From assembly GCF_036365525.1 (NCBI RefSeq), contig NC_090380.1, positions 72,343,757-72,407,756 of the forward strand: a DNA stretch of 64,000 bases, read 5' to 3'. The translations under genes were made by a program, and so were the position numbers. This document shows, in pieces, positions 26,794-39,852 of the stretch. Origin of the DNA: Heterodontus francisci (taxonomy: Eukaryota). The stretch's first letter is position 1, and each line of letters opens with the position of its first letter. The notes under the pieces are model-generated. The model ran no database searches. It saw only the letters and a list, made by a program, of their open reading frames with translations, and had not been told where the DNA came from.

Positions 26794-29700
26794 AAACAGT
26801 TCCGACAGATTTGAGGGCAGCTAATGAAACCCCACTATTTAAAAAGGGAGGTAGAGAGAAAGCAGGAAATTATAGACCAGTCAGCCTGACGTCATTAGTG
26901 GGGAAAATTTTAGAGTCCATTATCAAAGATTTTATAGTAGAGCACTTAGAGAACAGTGGTAGAATCGGGCAGAGTCAGCATGGATTTACGAAAGGGAAGT
27001 CAGGCTTGACAAATCTACCAGAATTCTTCGAGGATGTAACCAGTAGAGTTGATGAGGGACAGCCAGTGGATGTGGTTTATTTGGACTTTCAGAAGGCTTT
27101 CGACAAAGTCCCACATGAGAGATTAGCGTGTAAAATTAAAGCACATGGGATTGGGGGTAGTGTATTGCGATGGATAGAAAATTGGTTGGCAGGCAGGAAA
27201 CAAAGAGTAGGGATAAATGGGTCTTTTTCTGAATGGCAGGCAGTTGGGTACTGCAGGGATCGGTGCTAGGACCCCAGCTATTCACAATATATATTAATGA
27301 TTTAGATGAGGGAACTAAACGTAATATCTCCAAATTTGCAGATGACACAAAACTGGGTGGGAGGGTGAGTTGTGAGGAGGATGCAGAGAGGCTTCAGGGT
27401 GATTTGGACAAATTGAGTGAGTGGGCTAATGCATGGCAGATGCAGTAGAATGTGGATAAATGTGAGGTTATCCACTTTGGTAGTAAAAACAGGAAGGCAG
27501 ATTATTATCTGAACGGCTATAAACTGAGAGAGGGGAATATGCAGCGAGACCTGGGTGTTCCCGTACACCAGTTGCTGAAGGTAAGCATGCAGGTGCAACA
27601 GGCGGTAAAAAAGGCAAATGGTATGTTGGCCTTCACAGCCAGAGGATTCGAGTACAGGAGCAGGGATGCCTTGCTGCAATTATACAGGGCCTTGGTGAGG
27701 CCACACTGGGAATATTGTGTGCAGTTTTGGTCTCCTTGTCTGAGGAAGGATGCTCTTGCTATAGAGGGAGTGCAGCGAAGGTTTACCAGACTGATTCCTA
27801 GGATGGTGGGACTGACGTATGAGGAGAGATTGAGTTGGTTAGGATTATATTCGCTGGAGTTCAGAAGAGTGAGGGGGGAATCTCATAGAAACCGATAAAA
27901 TTCTAACAGGACTTGACAGCGTAGATGCAGGAAGGATGTTCCTGATGGTGGGAGAGTCCAGAACCAGGGGTCATAGTCTAAGGATACGGGGTAAACCTTT
28001 CAGGACTGAGATGAGGAGAAATGTCTTCACCCAGAGAGTGGTGAGCCTGTGGAATTTGCTACCACAGAAAGCAGTTGAGGCCAGAACATTGTATGTTTTC
28101 AAAAAGGAGTTATATATAGCTCTTGGGTCTAAAGGGATCAAAGGGTATGGGGCGAAAGCGGGAACAGGTTACTGAGTTGGATGATCAGCCATGATCATAA
28201 TGAATGGCGGAGCAGTCTCAAAGAGCTGAATGGCCTACTCCTGCTCCTGTTTTCTATGTTTCTATGTTTCTATTTTAAATAATTTTTAAAGGAACAGGCC
28301 TCCCTTGGTGAACCTTATAAGAACATATTATCTTTTGTAAGTGTGGATTGTTGTAGAGATTTTAAAAAGTGAGATCACCAATACTGGAAATCCGAAATAA
28401 AAACATTACAGGAAATATGCACCAGTTCTCTTACCATCTGAAAGAGAATTGGATTAATGTTTCAGATGATGCAGGGGGGATTCTGGTTGGCATTGTGTGG
28501 CATGGCTCATATAGATCAGGAAAATCCAAATAATATCCTGTGATTCATTACATCCCCCTGAAATTGGTTGGCTATGATCCTGTTTGCATATTTAAAGGGC
28601 CTACTGCCTGACTCAGGTGGGCAGTCTGGCCGCCCAGTGGTTGGCCCTTGGAAAGTTAGTATCTCCAGCATCATCAGCAGAAACACTAATCTGACCCTCC
28701 CAAAACCAGCCTCTAGCACCTCTTTCGGCAGTGCATTCCAGATTCCAACCACCCTCTGAGAGAAAAAAAAAATTCCTCAAATCCCCTGTAAACTTCCAGC
28801 CCCTTACCTTAAATCTGTGCCCTTGGTTATTGACCCCTCCGCTAAGGGAAAAAGTTTCTTCCTATCTAACCTATCAATGCCCCTCATAATTTTGTATACT
28901 TCAATCATGTCCTTCTCTGCTCTAAGGAAAACAACCCTAGCCTTTTCAGTCTCTCTTCATAGCTGAATTGCTCCAGCCCAGGTAACATCCTGGTGAATCT
29001 CCTCTGCACCCTCTCCAGTGCAATCGCATCCTTCCAATAGTGTGGTGCCCAGAACCGTACACAGTACTCCAGCTGTGGCCTAACTAGCGTTTTATACAGC
29101 TCCATCATAATCTTCCTGCTCTTATATTCTGTGCCTCGGCTGATAAAGGGAAGTAACCCATATGCCTTCCTAACCACCTTATCTACCTGTGCTGCTGCCT
29201 TCAGTGATCTATGGACAAGTACACCAAGATCCCTCTCACCTTCTGTACTTCCTGGGGTCCTACCATCCATTGTATATTCCCTTGCCTTGTTAGTCCTCCC
29301 AAAATGCGTAACCTCACAGTTCTCAGGATTAAATTCCATTTGCCACTGCTCTGCCCATCTTACCAGCCCATCTATATTGTCCTGTAATCTAAGGCTTTCC
29401 TCCTCACTATTTATGACACCACCAATTTTTGTGTCATCTGCGAACTTACTGATCATACCTCCTATATTCACGTATAAATCATTAATGTACACTCCAAATA
29501 GCAAGGGTCCCAGCACCGATCCCTGCGGTATACCATTGGTCAAAAACAACCCTGGACCATTACCCTCTGCCTCCTGCCACTAAGCCAAATTTGGATCCAC
29601 TTTGCCAAATTGCCCTGGATCCCATGGGCTCTTACCTACTGAACCAATCTCCCATGCGGGACCTTATCAAAAGCCTTGCTGAAGTCTATGTAGACGACAT

Positions 29701-30943
29701 CAAATGCTTTACCTTCATCTACACATCTAGTCACTTCCTCGGAAAATTCAATCGTTAGTTCGACATGATCTCCCCCTGACAAAGCCATGCAGACTATACC
29801 TGATTAATCCCTGCCTCTCCAAGCGGAGATTAATCCTGCCCCTCAGAATTTTTTCTCATATTTTCCCAACCACTGATGTTAGATTCACCGGCCTGTAATT
29901 ACCTGGTTTATCCCTACTACCCTTCTTGAATATTGGTACCACATTCGCTGTCCTCCAATCCTCTGTTACCTCTCCTTTGGCCAGAGAGGATTTGAAAATT
30001 TGTGTCAGAGCCCCTGCTATCTCCTCCCTTGCCTCACATAACAGCCTGGGATACATCTCATCTGGGCCTGGGGATTTATCCACTTTTAAGCCTGCCAAAA
30101 CAGCTAATACTTCCTCCCTTTCAATGCTAATATGTTCAAGTACATCATAATCCCCCTCCCTGATCTCTACACCTACATTGTACTTCTCCATAGTGAACAC
30201 AGATGCAAAGTAATCATTTAAAACCTCACCTATGTCCTCTGGCTCCACACACAGATTGCCACTTTGGTCCCTAATGGGCCACACTCTTTCCCTGGTTATC
30301 CTCTTGCCCTTAATATACTTATAAAATGCCTTAGGATTTTCCTTTATCTTGCTCGCCAGTGTTTTTTTATGTCCCCTCTTTGCTCTTCTAATTACTTTTT
30401 TTAGTACCCCCTACACTTTCTATACTCCTCTAGGGCCTCCACTGTTTTCAGCGCTCCGAATCTGCCATAAGCCTCCTTTTTTTCCTGATCCAATCGTCTA
30501 TATCCCCTGACATCCAAGGTTACCTGGACCTGTTGGTCCTACCCTTCACCTTAACAGGTACATGTTGGCTCTGAACTCTCACTATTTCCTCTTTGAATGA
30601 CTCCCACTGGTCTGATGTAGACTTTCCTAGAAGTAGCTGCTCCCAGTCCACTCTGGCCAGATCCTGTTTTATCATATTGAAATCAGCCTTCCCCCAATTC
30701 AGTACCTTTATTTCCGGCCCGTCTTTGTCCTTTTCCATAACTACCTTGAATCTTACAAAGTTATGGTCTCTATCCCTGAAATGCTCCCCCACTGACACTT
30801 CTACCACTTGTCCAGCTTCATTCGCTAGGATTAGGTCTAGTACTGCCCCTTCTCTTGTAGGCCTTTCTACGTCCTGGCTCAAAAAGCTCTCCTTTATGCA
30901 TTTTAAGAATTCCGCCCACTTTTAGCCTTTTACACTTAAGACT

Positions 30944-32297
30944 TCTTTGACCTCCTTGTCTTGAGAGACAATGGGTAAGTGCCTAGAGGTGGTCAATGGT
31001 TTGTGAAGCAGCGCCTGGAGTGGCTATAAAGGCCAATTCGAGAGTGACAGACTCTTCCACAGGTGCTGCAGATAAAATTGGTTGTCGGGGCTGTTACACG
31101 GTTGGCTCTCTCCTTGCGCTTCTGTCTTTTTTCCTGCCAACAGCTAAGTCTCTTCGACTCGCCACTCTTTAGCCCCGCCTTTATGGCTGTCCACCAGCTC
31201 TGGCGATCATTGGCAACTGACTCCCACGACTTGTGGCCAGTCTCATAGGACTTCATGTCACGTTTGCAGACGTCTTTAAAGCGGAGACATGGGTGGCTGA
31301 TGGGACTGATACCAGTGATGAGCTCGCTGTACAATGTTTCCTTGGGGATCCTGCCATCTTCCATGCGGTTCACATGGCCAAGCCATCTCAAGCGCCGCTG
31401 GCTCAGTAGGGTGTATATGCTGGGGATGTTGGCTGCCTCGAGGACTTCTGCGTTGGAGATACAGTCCTGCCACCTGATGCCAAGGATTCTCCGGAGGCAG
31501 CGAAGATGGAATGAATTGAGACGTCGCTCTCGGCTGACATACGTTGTCCAGGTCTCGCTGCACTTGAGCAAGATACTGAGGATACAGGCTTGATACACTC
31601 AGACTTTCGTGTTCCGTATCAGTGCGCCATTTTCCCACACTCTCTTGGCCAGTCTGGACATAGCAGCGGACGCCTTTCCCATGCGCTTGTTGATTTCTGC
31701 TTCAAGAGACAGGTTACTGGTAATAGTTGAGCCTAGGTAGGTGAACTCTTGAACCACTTCCAGAGCATGATCGCCGATCCTGATGGATGGAGCATTTCTG
31801 ACATCATGATGTTCGTTTTCTTGAGGCTGATGGTTAGGCCAAATTCGTTGCAGGCAGCCGCAATCCTGTCGATGAGTCTCTGCAGACACTCTTCTGTGTG
31901 GGATGTTAATGCAGCATTGTCAACAAAGAGGAGTTCCCTGATGAGGACCTTCCGTACTTTGGTCTTCGCTCTAAGACGGGCAAGTTTGAACAACCTGCCA
32001 TCTGATCTTGTGTGGAGGAAAATTCCTTCTTCTGAAGACTTGAATGCATGTGAAAGCAGCAGGGAGAAGAAGATCCCAAACAGTGTAGATGCGAGAACAC
32101 AGCCCTGTTTCACGCCACTCAGGATAGGAAAGGGGTCTGATGAGGCACCGCTATGCTGAATTGTGCCTTTCATATTGTCATGGAATGAAGTGATGATACT
32201 TAGTAGCTATGGTAGACATCCAATCTTTGCTAGTAGTCTGAAGAGACCATGTCTGCTGATGAGGTCAAAGGCTTTGGTGAGATTTGATGAGATTGGT
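30944..32297 (-). mobile_element. RTE LINE, 5'-truncated
   Basis: GVKQGCVLA, FTYLGS and C-terminal C2H2-like motif; flanked by an imperfect ~35-bp direct duplication of CR1-F. Confidence 0.9.
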
Positions 32298-33662
32298 GAG
32301 AATTCCGCCCCCTTTAAGCATTTTACACTAAGACTATCCCAGTTGATATTAGGTAAGTTTAAATCCCCTACTATTATTACCCTATTATTTTTATACCTGT
32401 CTGAGATTTGCCTACATATCTGCTCCTCTATCTCTCCCTGACTGTTTGGAGGTCTGTAGTACACTCCCAGCCAAGTGATTGCCCACTTTATGTTTTTAAG
32501 TTCTACCCATATGGCCTCATTTGAATAACCTTCTAAGATATTATCCCTCCTTACTGCAGTAATTGACTCCTTGATCAACAGTGCAATGCCACCTCCTCTT
32601 TTATCTCCTCCCCTGTCACGCCTGGAATAGCGAGCTGGCAGTTCTGCCCCTCCCTCAACCATGTCTCTGTGATAGCAATAATATCATAATCCCATGTGCC
32701 AATCAACGCCCTCAATTCATCTGCCTTACTCGTAAGACTCCTTGCATTAAAATAGATGCAAACCAGCCTTGCATTTTTCCCTTGTGCCTTAACAGGTCTA
32801 TATTTGCTCTGCCTTCCAGACTGACTCATTTTCTCTTCTATATTTGACCTCCACTCTGTGTCCCATTCCCCTGCCAAATTAGTTTAAACGCCCCCCACCC
32901 CCAACAGCACTAGCAAACCTCCTGGCAAGGATCTTGGTCCCATTCCGATTTAGGTGCAACCCATCCAACTTGTACAGGTCCCACCTTTGCCAGAAACAGA
33001 CCTGATGATCCAGGAAACTAAAGCCCTCCCTCCTGCACCATCTCTTCAGCCACACATTCATCTGCTCTATCCTCCTATTCCTATACTCACTAGGACGTTG
33101 CACCGGGAGTAATCCAGAGATTACAAACCTTTGATGTCCTGCTTTTTAATCTGTTACCTAGCTCCCTAAATTCTTGTTGCAGGACCTCATCCCTCTTTTT
33201 ACCGATGTCGTTGGTACCAATGTGAACCACGATCTCTGCCTGTTCACCCTCCCCCTTCAGAATTTCCTGCAGCCGCTCCGAGACATCCTTGATCCCAGCA
33301 CCAGGGAGGCAAGATACCATCCTGAAGTCACGTTTGCGGCCACAGAAACGTCTATCTGTACCCCTTACGATAGAATCCCCTATCATTATAGCATTTCCAC
33401 TCCTTTTCCTTCCCTGCTGTGCAGCAGAGCCATCCGTGGTGCCACAAACCTGGCTGTTGCTGCTTTCCCCTGGGAGACCATCCCCCCCAACAGTATCCAA
33501 AACGGTAGCTCTGTTTGAGAGGGGGATGGCCACAGGGGACTCCTGCACTATCTGCCTGCGGCTACTACTGTGCCTGGTGGTCACCCATCCCTTTTCTGCC
33601 TGTGCAGCCATTACCTGCGGTGTGACCACCTCGCTAAACGTGCTATCCACGATGTCTTCAGC

Positions 33663-35499
33663 TTTTTTTTTAATACCAAAATATACTTTATTCATAACAA
33701 TCTGTAAAAAATACATTACAAAACAGTTCAAAACAGTACCCAGTCAACAATACAAAGAGTGCAAAGGAGATCAGTTTCCTTCAATACAGGAGTGAGTTGC
33801 CTCACAACCCTTCCATTTCATTTTACATGCCATGTACATTTTGCAGCTAACCCATATTTTCTGGATACCGCCCGAGGGGTTTTCCATAGATCCAGCCCCT
33901 CAGTTCAGCTTGGTGGGAGGACCTTACACTGTGGTCTTTCCCCATTGAGCCTTTGCTGCAGCTGCCCCAAGCTTTAGTGCATCCCTCAGCACGTAGTCCT
34001 GGACCTTGGAATGTGCCAGTCTGCAACACTCGGTCGTGGACAACTCTTTGTGCTAGAAGACCAGCAAGTTTCGGGCAGACCAAAGAGCGTCTTTCACCGA
34101 ATTGATGGTCCTCCAGCAGCAGTTGATGTTTATCTCGGTGTGCTTCCCTGGGAACAGCCCATAGAGCACAGACTCCTGTGTTACAGAGCTGCTTTGGATG
34201 AACCTCGACAAAAACCACTGCATCTCTTTCCACACCTGCTTTGCAAAGACACATTCCAGAAGGAGGTGGGCAACAGTCTCTTCCTCACCACAGCCACCTT
34301 GAGGGCATTGTGCGGAGGGGGTGAGACTCCGGGCGTACAGGAAGGATCTGACAGGGAGGGCTCTTCTCACCACCAGCCAAGCTACATCTTGGTGTTTGTT
34401 TGAAAGTTCTGGTGATGAGGCATTCTGCCAAATAACTTTGGCAGTCTGCTCGGGGAACCATCCAACCGGATCCACCATCTCCTTTTCCCGTAAGGCCTTG
34501 AGAACATTCCGTGCAGACCACTGCCTGATGGATTGGTGGTCAAAGGTGTTTTTCTGCAGAAACTTTTCCACGAATGATAGGTGGTACGGCACAGTCCAAC
34601 TGGGTGGAGCATTCCGCGGCAATGTGACCAAGCCCACCGGGGACAGATAGAACCTCAGCACATAGTGACACTTGGTGTTTGTGTACTGGGGATCTAAGCA
34701 CAGCTTGATGCAGCCACGAAGGTGGTCATCAGGATGAGGGTGACATTGGGCACATTTTTCCCGCCCTAATCCAGAGGTTTGAACATCGTGTCCCTCCGGA
34801 CCCGGTCCATTTTGGATCCCCATATGAAGCGTAAAGTGGCTTGGGTGACCGCCACAGTGCAGGAGTGGGGTATGGGCCAGACCTGCGCCACATACAGCAA
34901 CAATGTGAGCGCCTCGCATCTGATGACCAGCTTCTTACCCACATCGGAGAGTGATCGCTGCTCCCATATGCTCAGCTTATGGTGTATCCTGGCTACTCGC
35001 GCCTTCCAGGTTTTGGTGCACGCCCCAGCCCTTCCGAACCATATCCCCAACACCTTCAGGTAGTCTGACCTGACGGTGAAGGGGACAAAAGATCGGTCAG
35101 CCCTGTTCCCAAAGAACATGGCCTCGCTCTTGCTGTGGTTAACTTTGGCTCCTGAGGCCGGTTCGAACTGGTCGCAGATGCTCATCGGTCTGCTAACGGA
35201 CAGCGGATCTGAACAGAAAACAGCGACGTCATCCATGTACAGGGAGGTTTTAACCTGAGTGCCTCCACTGCCTGGGATTGTCACCCCTCTTATGCTCGTA
35301 TCCTTCCTAATAGACTCAGCAAAGGGTTCAATACAGCAAACAAAACAAGACAGGGGAGAGAGGACAGCCCTGTCTGACTCCAGATTGGAGCGGGAAACTT
35401 TCTGATTCCCACCCACTGATTGAGACTGCACTACTGATGTTTGTGTAGAGCAGTTTGATCCAATTACAGATTTCCTCCCCAAATCCCATTTTGGAAAAC
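33663..35499 (-). mobile_element. Tx1-like L1-clade LINE, 5'-truncated
   Basis: GVRQGCPLSP, YMDDV and zf-RVT-like C..C....ETVAHLLLEC; polyT at the left end; 14-bp imperfect TSD acgatgtcttcagc / acaatgtcctcaac. Confidence 0.88.
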
Positions 35500-35647
35500 A
35501 CAATGTCCTCAACATCGCGAATGCTCCATGGCGAATCCACCCGCAGCTCCAGCTCCATAATGCGGGTAGCCAGTAGCTGCAGCTGGATACACTTCCTGCA
35601 CACGCTGTACTACTCTGCTTCTGTGTTTCTCAGATTCTGGTAAATTA

Positions 35648-36986
35648 TATCTCTTCAGACTACTAGAAAAGATCGGGTGTCCACCAAAGCTACTAAGTAT
35701 CATCACCTCATTCCATGACAATATGAAAGGCACAATTCAACATGGTGGCTCCTCATCAGAGCCCTTTCCTATCCTGAGTGGCGTGAAACAGGGCTGTGTT
35801 CTCGCACCCACACTTTTTGGGATTTTCTTCTCCCTGCTGCTTTCACATTCGTTCAAGTCCTCTGAAGAAGGAATTTCCCTCCACACAAGATCAGGGGACA
35901 GGTTGTTCAACCTTGCCCGTCTAAGAGCGAAGTCAAAAGTACGGAAAGTCCTCATCAGGGAACTCCTCTTTGCTGACGATGCTGCTTTAACATCTCACAC
36001 TGAAGAGTGGCTGCAGAGTCTCATCGACAGGTTTGCGGCTGCTTGCAATAAATTTGGCCTAACCATCAGCCTCAAAAAAACGAACATCATGGGGCAGGAC
36101 GTCAGAAATGCTCCATCCATCAATATTGGTGACCACGCTCTGGAAGTGGTTCAAGAGTTCACCTACCTAGGCTCAACTATCACCAGTAACCTGTCTCTTG
36201 ATGCAGAAATCAACAAGCGCATGGGTAAGGCTTCCACTGCTATGTCCAGACTGGCCAAGAGAGTGTGGAAAAATGGCACACTGACACGGAACACAAAAGT
36301 CCGAGTGTATCAGGCCTGTGTCCTCAGTACCTTGCTCTATGGCAGCGAGGCCTGGACAACGTATGTCAGCCAAGAGCGACGTCTCAATTCATTCCATCTT
36401 CGCTGCCTCCGGAGAATACTTAGCATCAGGTGGCAGGACCGTATCTCCAACACAGAAGTCCTCGCGGCGGCCAACATCCCCAGCTTGTACACACTACTGG
36501 GTCAGCGGCACTTGAGATGGCTTGGCCATGTGAGCCGCATGGAAGATGGCAGGATCCCCAAAGACACATTGTACAGCGAGCTCGCCACTGGTATCAGACC
36601 CACCGGCCGTCCACGTCTCCGCTTTAAAGACGTCTGCAAACGCGACATGAAATCCTGTGACATTGATCACAAGTCGTGGGAGTCAGTTGCCAGCGTTCGC
36701 CAGAGCTGGCGGGCAGCCATAAAGACAGGGCTAAAATGTGGCGCGTCGAAGAGACTTAGTAGTTGGCAGGAAAAAAGACAGAGGCGCAAGGGGAGAGCCA
36801 ACTGTGCAACAGCCCCGACAAACAAATTTCTCTGCAGCACCTGTGGAACAGCCTGTCACTCTAGAATTGGCCTTTATAGCCACTCCAGGCACTGCTTCAC
36901 AAACCACTGACCACCTCCATTGGTGGTCAATGCATTGAGACAATCCATTGTCTCTCGAGATAAGGAGGCCCAAAAGAAAAGAAGAA
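35648..36986 (+). mobile_element. RTE LINE, 5'-truncated, with open 395-aa RT C-terminal ORF (35723-36910)
   Basis: GVKQGCVLAP, LFADD, FTYLGS, RWLGHV and C-terminal zinc-finger-like motif; (gaa)n tail. Confidence 0.92.
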
Positions 36987-37435
36987 TATCTCACATTTTC
37001 TTTACAGCAGTGTGTGCTTGAGATGTGTTGGGCGAGGTAGGAGAAAGGAGATGGTATGCCCAGTGCATTTTGCCTACTTTTTCAGTTTTAGGTTCAGATC
37101 TGTTGCATTTCAGTTGGCCTGCTTTCTCTATCTCTCTGTCTCTCTCTTGCCCCGCCAACCCCCCCACCCTATTTTTTTGCTTTGTTTCTTTTTTGAACCA
37201 CTGGCAAGTCTTTTCAGCCTCCACTATTGACTCAGTCTTTTGTCATTTATATGTTTCTGCCTCACCTCAATGATGACCTTTTAAATCATCTAACAGGCAG
37301 CTGTTAAGCAATTTGCAGGTGATCCCACTCATCTGTTATCGACAAATCTGTTGATTCTCTTCCTTTACTGTCTTCTGTTTTCTTTTTCTCTTTTATCCCA
37401 ATTTAGTAAATTGCCTTTTTATCTTTCAGTCTTCA

Positions 37436-37760
37436 GTTCTGATGAAAGGCTACACACACAAAATATCAATAAAACAAAAGCAAAATACTGCAAATGCTGG
37501 AAATCTGAAACAAAAACAGAAAATGCTGGAAATGCTCAGCAGGTCAAGCACCAGCTGTGGAGAGAGAAACAAAATTAACATTCCAGGTCTGTGATCTTTC
37601 ATCAGAATTCAACACTAATGAGAAAAAACAAAATTAACATTTTCGGTCTGTGACCTTTCATCAGAATTCAACACTAATTAGTAACTTGTCTTTTCTCTTT
37701 GCAGATGCTGACTGATTTGTGTGTTTCCAGTATTTTTTGTTTTCTATTTCAGATTTTCCT
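37436..37760. repeat. Penelope-like terminal repeats in both orientations, including a ~59-bp tandem duplication
   Basis: Units at 37561-37619 and 37620-37678; the minus strand reads CTGATGA-aa-GGTC-aca-GACC-GAAA. Confidence 0.45.
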
Positions 37761-38064
37761 CATTTTACAGTGATTTATTTTTCGTTTTCTCCCATATATC
37801 TTCTAATTGCAGGATACTTTAAATGTTTAAAATGATCTCAGAAAAATCAAGATACATCAGAAAGTAGTCATTAAGTGTGGATGTTAAAAACCTGAAAATT
37901 GTAAGAGGGAGGAACGATTGAGGAATGCAATCAGTTCCAATTTTGGAGTCCTGGGAAAGAAAGAGTGGGCACTTATTGAAAGATAAAGGGGCAGGGCAGC
38001 ATATCATTGGAGCCCAAATGTGCTCCATCCCGACTTGTGTTTGTGCAACAGTGGGGGCTGCTGC

Positions 38065-39130
38065 TCTTTTTTTTAAAATCCGTTCATAGGATGTGGGTGT
38101 CCCTAGCTAGGCCAGCATTTATTGCCCCTCCCTAATTGCCCTTGAGAAGGTGGTGGTGAGCTGCCTTCTTGAACCACTGCAGTCCTTGCGGTGTAGGTAC
38201 ACCAAAAGTGCTGTTAGGAAGGGAGTTCCAAGATTTTGACCCAGCGACAGTGAAGGAACAGCGATATAGTTCCAAGTCAGGATGGTGTGTGGCTTGGAGG
38301 GGAACCTTCGGTGGTGGTGTTCCCATGCATCTGCTCCCCTTGTCCTTCTAGGTGGGAGAGGTCACGGGTTTGTAAGGTGCTGTCGAAGGAGCCTTGGTGA
38401 GCTGCTGCAGTGCATCTTGTAGATGGTACACACTGCTGCCATTGTGCGTTGGTGGTGCAGGGAGTGATTGTTTGTGGATGGGGTGTCAATCAAGCAGGCT
38501 GCTTTGTCCTGGATTGTGTCGAGCTTCTTGAGTGTTATTGGAACTGCACCCATCGAGGCAAGTGGAGAGTATTCCATCATAGTCCTGACTTGTGCCTTTG
38601 TAGATGGTGGACAGGCAATGGGGAGTCAGGAGGTGAGTTACTTGCTGCAGAATTCCCAGCCTCTGACCTGCTCTTGTGGCCACATTATTTATATGTCTGG
38701 TCCAGTTCATTTTCTGTTCAATGCTAACCCCCAGGATGTTGATAATGGGGAATTCAGCTATAGTAATGCTATTGAATGTCATGGGGAGATGGTTAGATTC
38801 TTTCTTGTTAGAGATGGTCATTGTCTGGTACTTGTGTGGCACGAATGTTCTTGCCACTTATCAGCTCAAGCCTGGATTTTGTCCAGGTCTTGCTGCATTT
38901 GGACAGGGGCTGCTTCAGTATCTGAGGAGTCGCAATTGGTGCTGTACATTGCAATTATCCCACTTCTGACCTTGTGTTGGAGGGAAGGTCATTGATGAAG
39001 CAGCTCAAGTTGGTTGGGCCGAGGACACTACCCTGAGGAACTCCTGCAGTGATGTCTTGGGGCTGGGATGATTGACTTCCAACAGCCACAACCATCATCC
39101 TTTATGTTAGGTATGACTCCAACCAGCAGA
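38065..39130 (-). mobile_element. CR1/L2-group LINE 3' fragment (same family as 24150-25001)
   Basis: MEYSPLA.MGA.P.TLKKLDTIQDKAA; same 3' end and polyA (polyT at ~38066). Confidence 0.8.
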
Positions 39131-39852
39131 GGGAATGTCACTGCAATTCATTCTAATGTTAATCATTCAAAGGACTGCCAAATACCCAGGCTGCAATCAT
39201 AATGCCGTCATTCTGTGGCAGTCATCAATTCCAACCATGCTAACAGATTGGCACTTGATAACAGACAGCACTGCCTTTCTCTTGTGGACTTCCTGTAGCT
39301 GCAGCTTAATATAGCAATCGCCTTGAAAACAGGGTGTCCACTTCTTCCTCAACTAATGCCAAACATAACCAGCTACTTCACCTAACAGAGAAGGAACTTA
39401 CACTTGTAAAATGTCTTTCACGATCTCAAGATGCCCCAAAGCACTTTGCGGCCAGTGAAGTATTCTTGATATGTAGTGACTTCTTATATGAAGAAATGCA
39501 GTGGCTAATTTGCACACAGCAACAACCAAAGTGGCAACTGGAACCAGACAATGCAAATTAAAAGGTCAAATGCTGCAAGACAATAAAATGAGAGATCAGA
39601 TATAGCTAGCCAGAAACAGACGTGAAGATATTGCAGCTAGCCCATCATAACAGCAGTCAGGGACAACAGCAATGTGCCTTTAATCTGCTGCCATTCTTTA
39701 AGGTCTCCTAAAGCAATTCCTGGCACTGAATTTGGTTCCTCTGGAGAATGGGCTTGTGCCCAGTAGCAAGACACCATGTGCACCAGGCACACAGCCGTTC
39801 CACTCAGCTGTGACCCTAAAGAGGAACTGCATATGCATTGAGGAATGGTCTG

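Larger units (their letters stand above)
18890..28272 (+). mobile_element. CR1 LINE 'C' (endonuclease to 3' end) hosting nested CR1 and SINE insertions
   Basis: Segments 18890-19744, 22551-22918, 23229-23370 and 26794-28272 are collinear (APE ORF 18983-19717; RT ORFs 26778-28175 with FADD); (ctatgttt)n tail. Confidence 0.85.
28700..35605 (-). mobile_element. CR1 LINE 'F', near full length (ORF1 with SGNH esterase + ORF2), split by RTE and Tx1 insertions
   Basis: ORF1 motifs CRKC.., GDSIVRG, CLPGA, HIGTND and DGLHLN (32879-35603); APE start FNARSL/ITETWL; RT ORF 28905-29549. Confidence 0.85.

Noticed and set aside
35723-36910. 395-aa ORFs (also 57246-58433) as host genes
   Set aside because: 5'-truncated RTE reverse-transcriptase remnants lacking the endonuclease and RT N-terminus
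37561-37678. CRISPR-like repeat
   Set aside because: Only two adjacent units with no spacers, in vertebrate DNA
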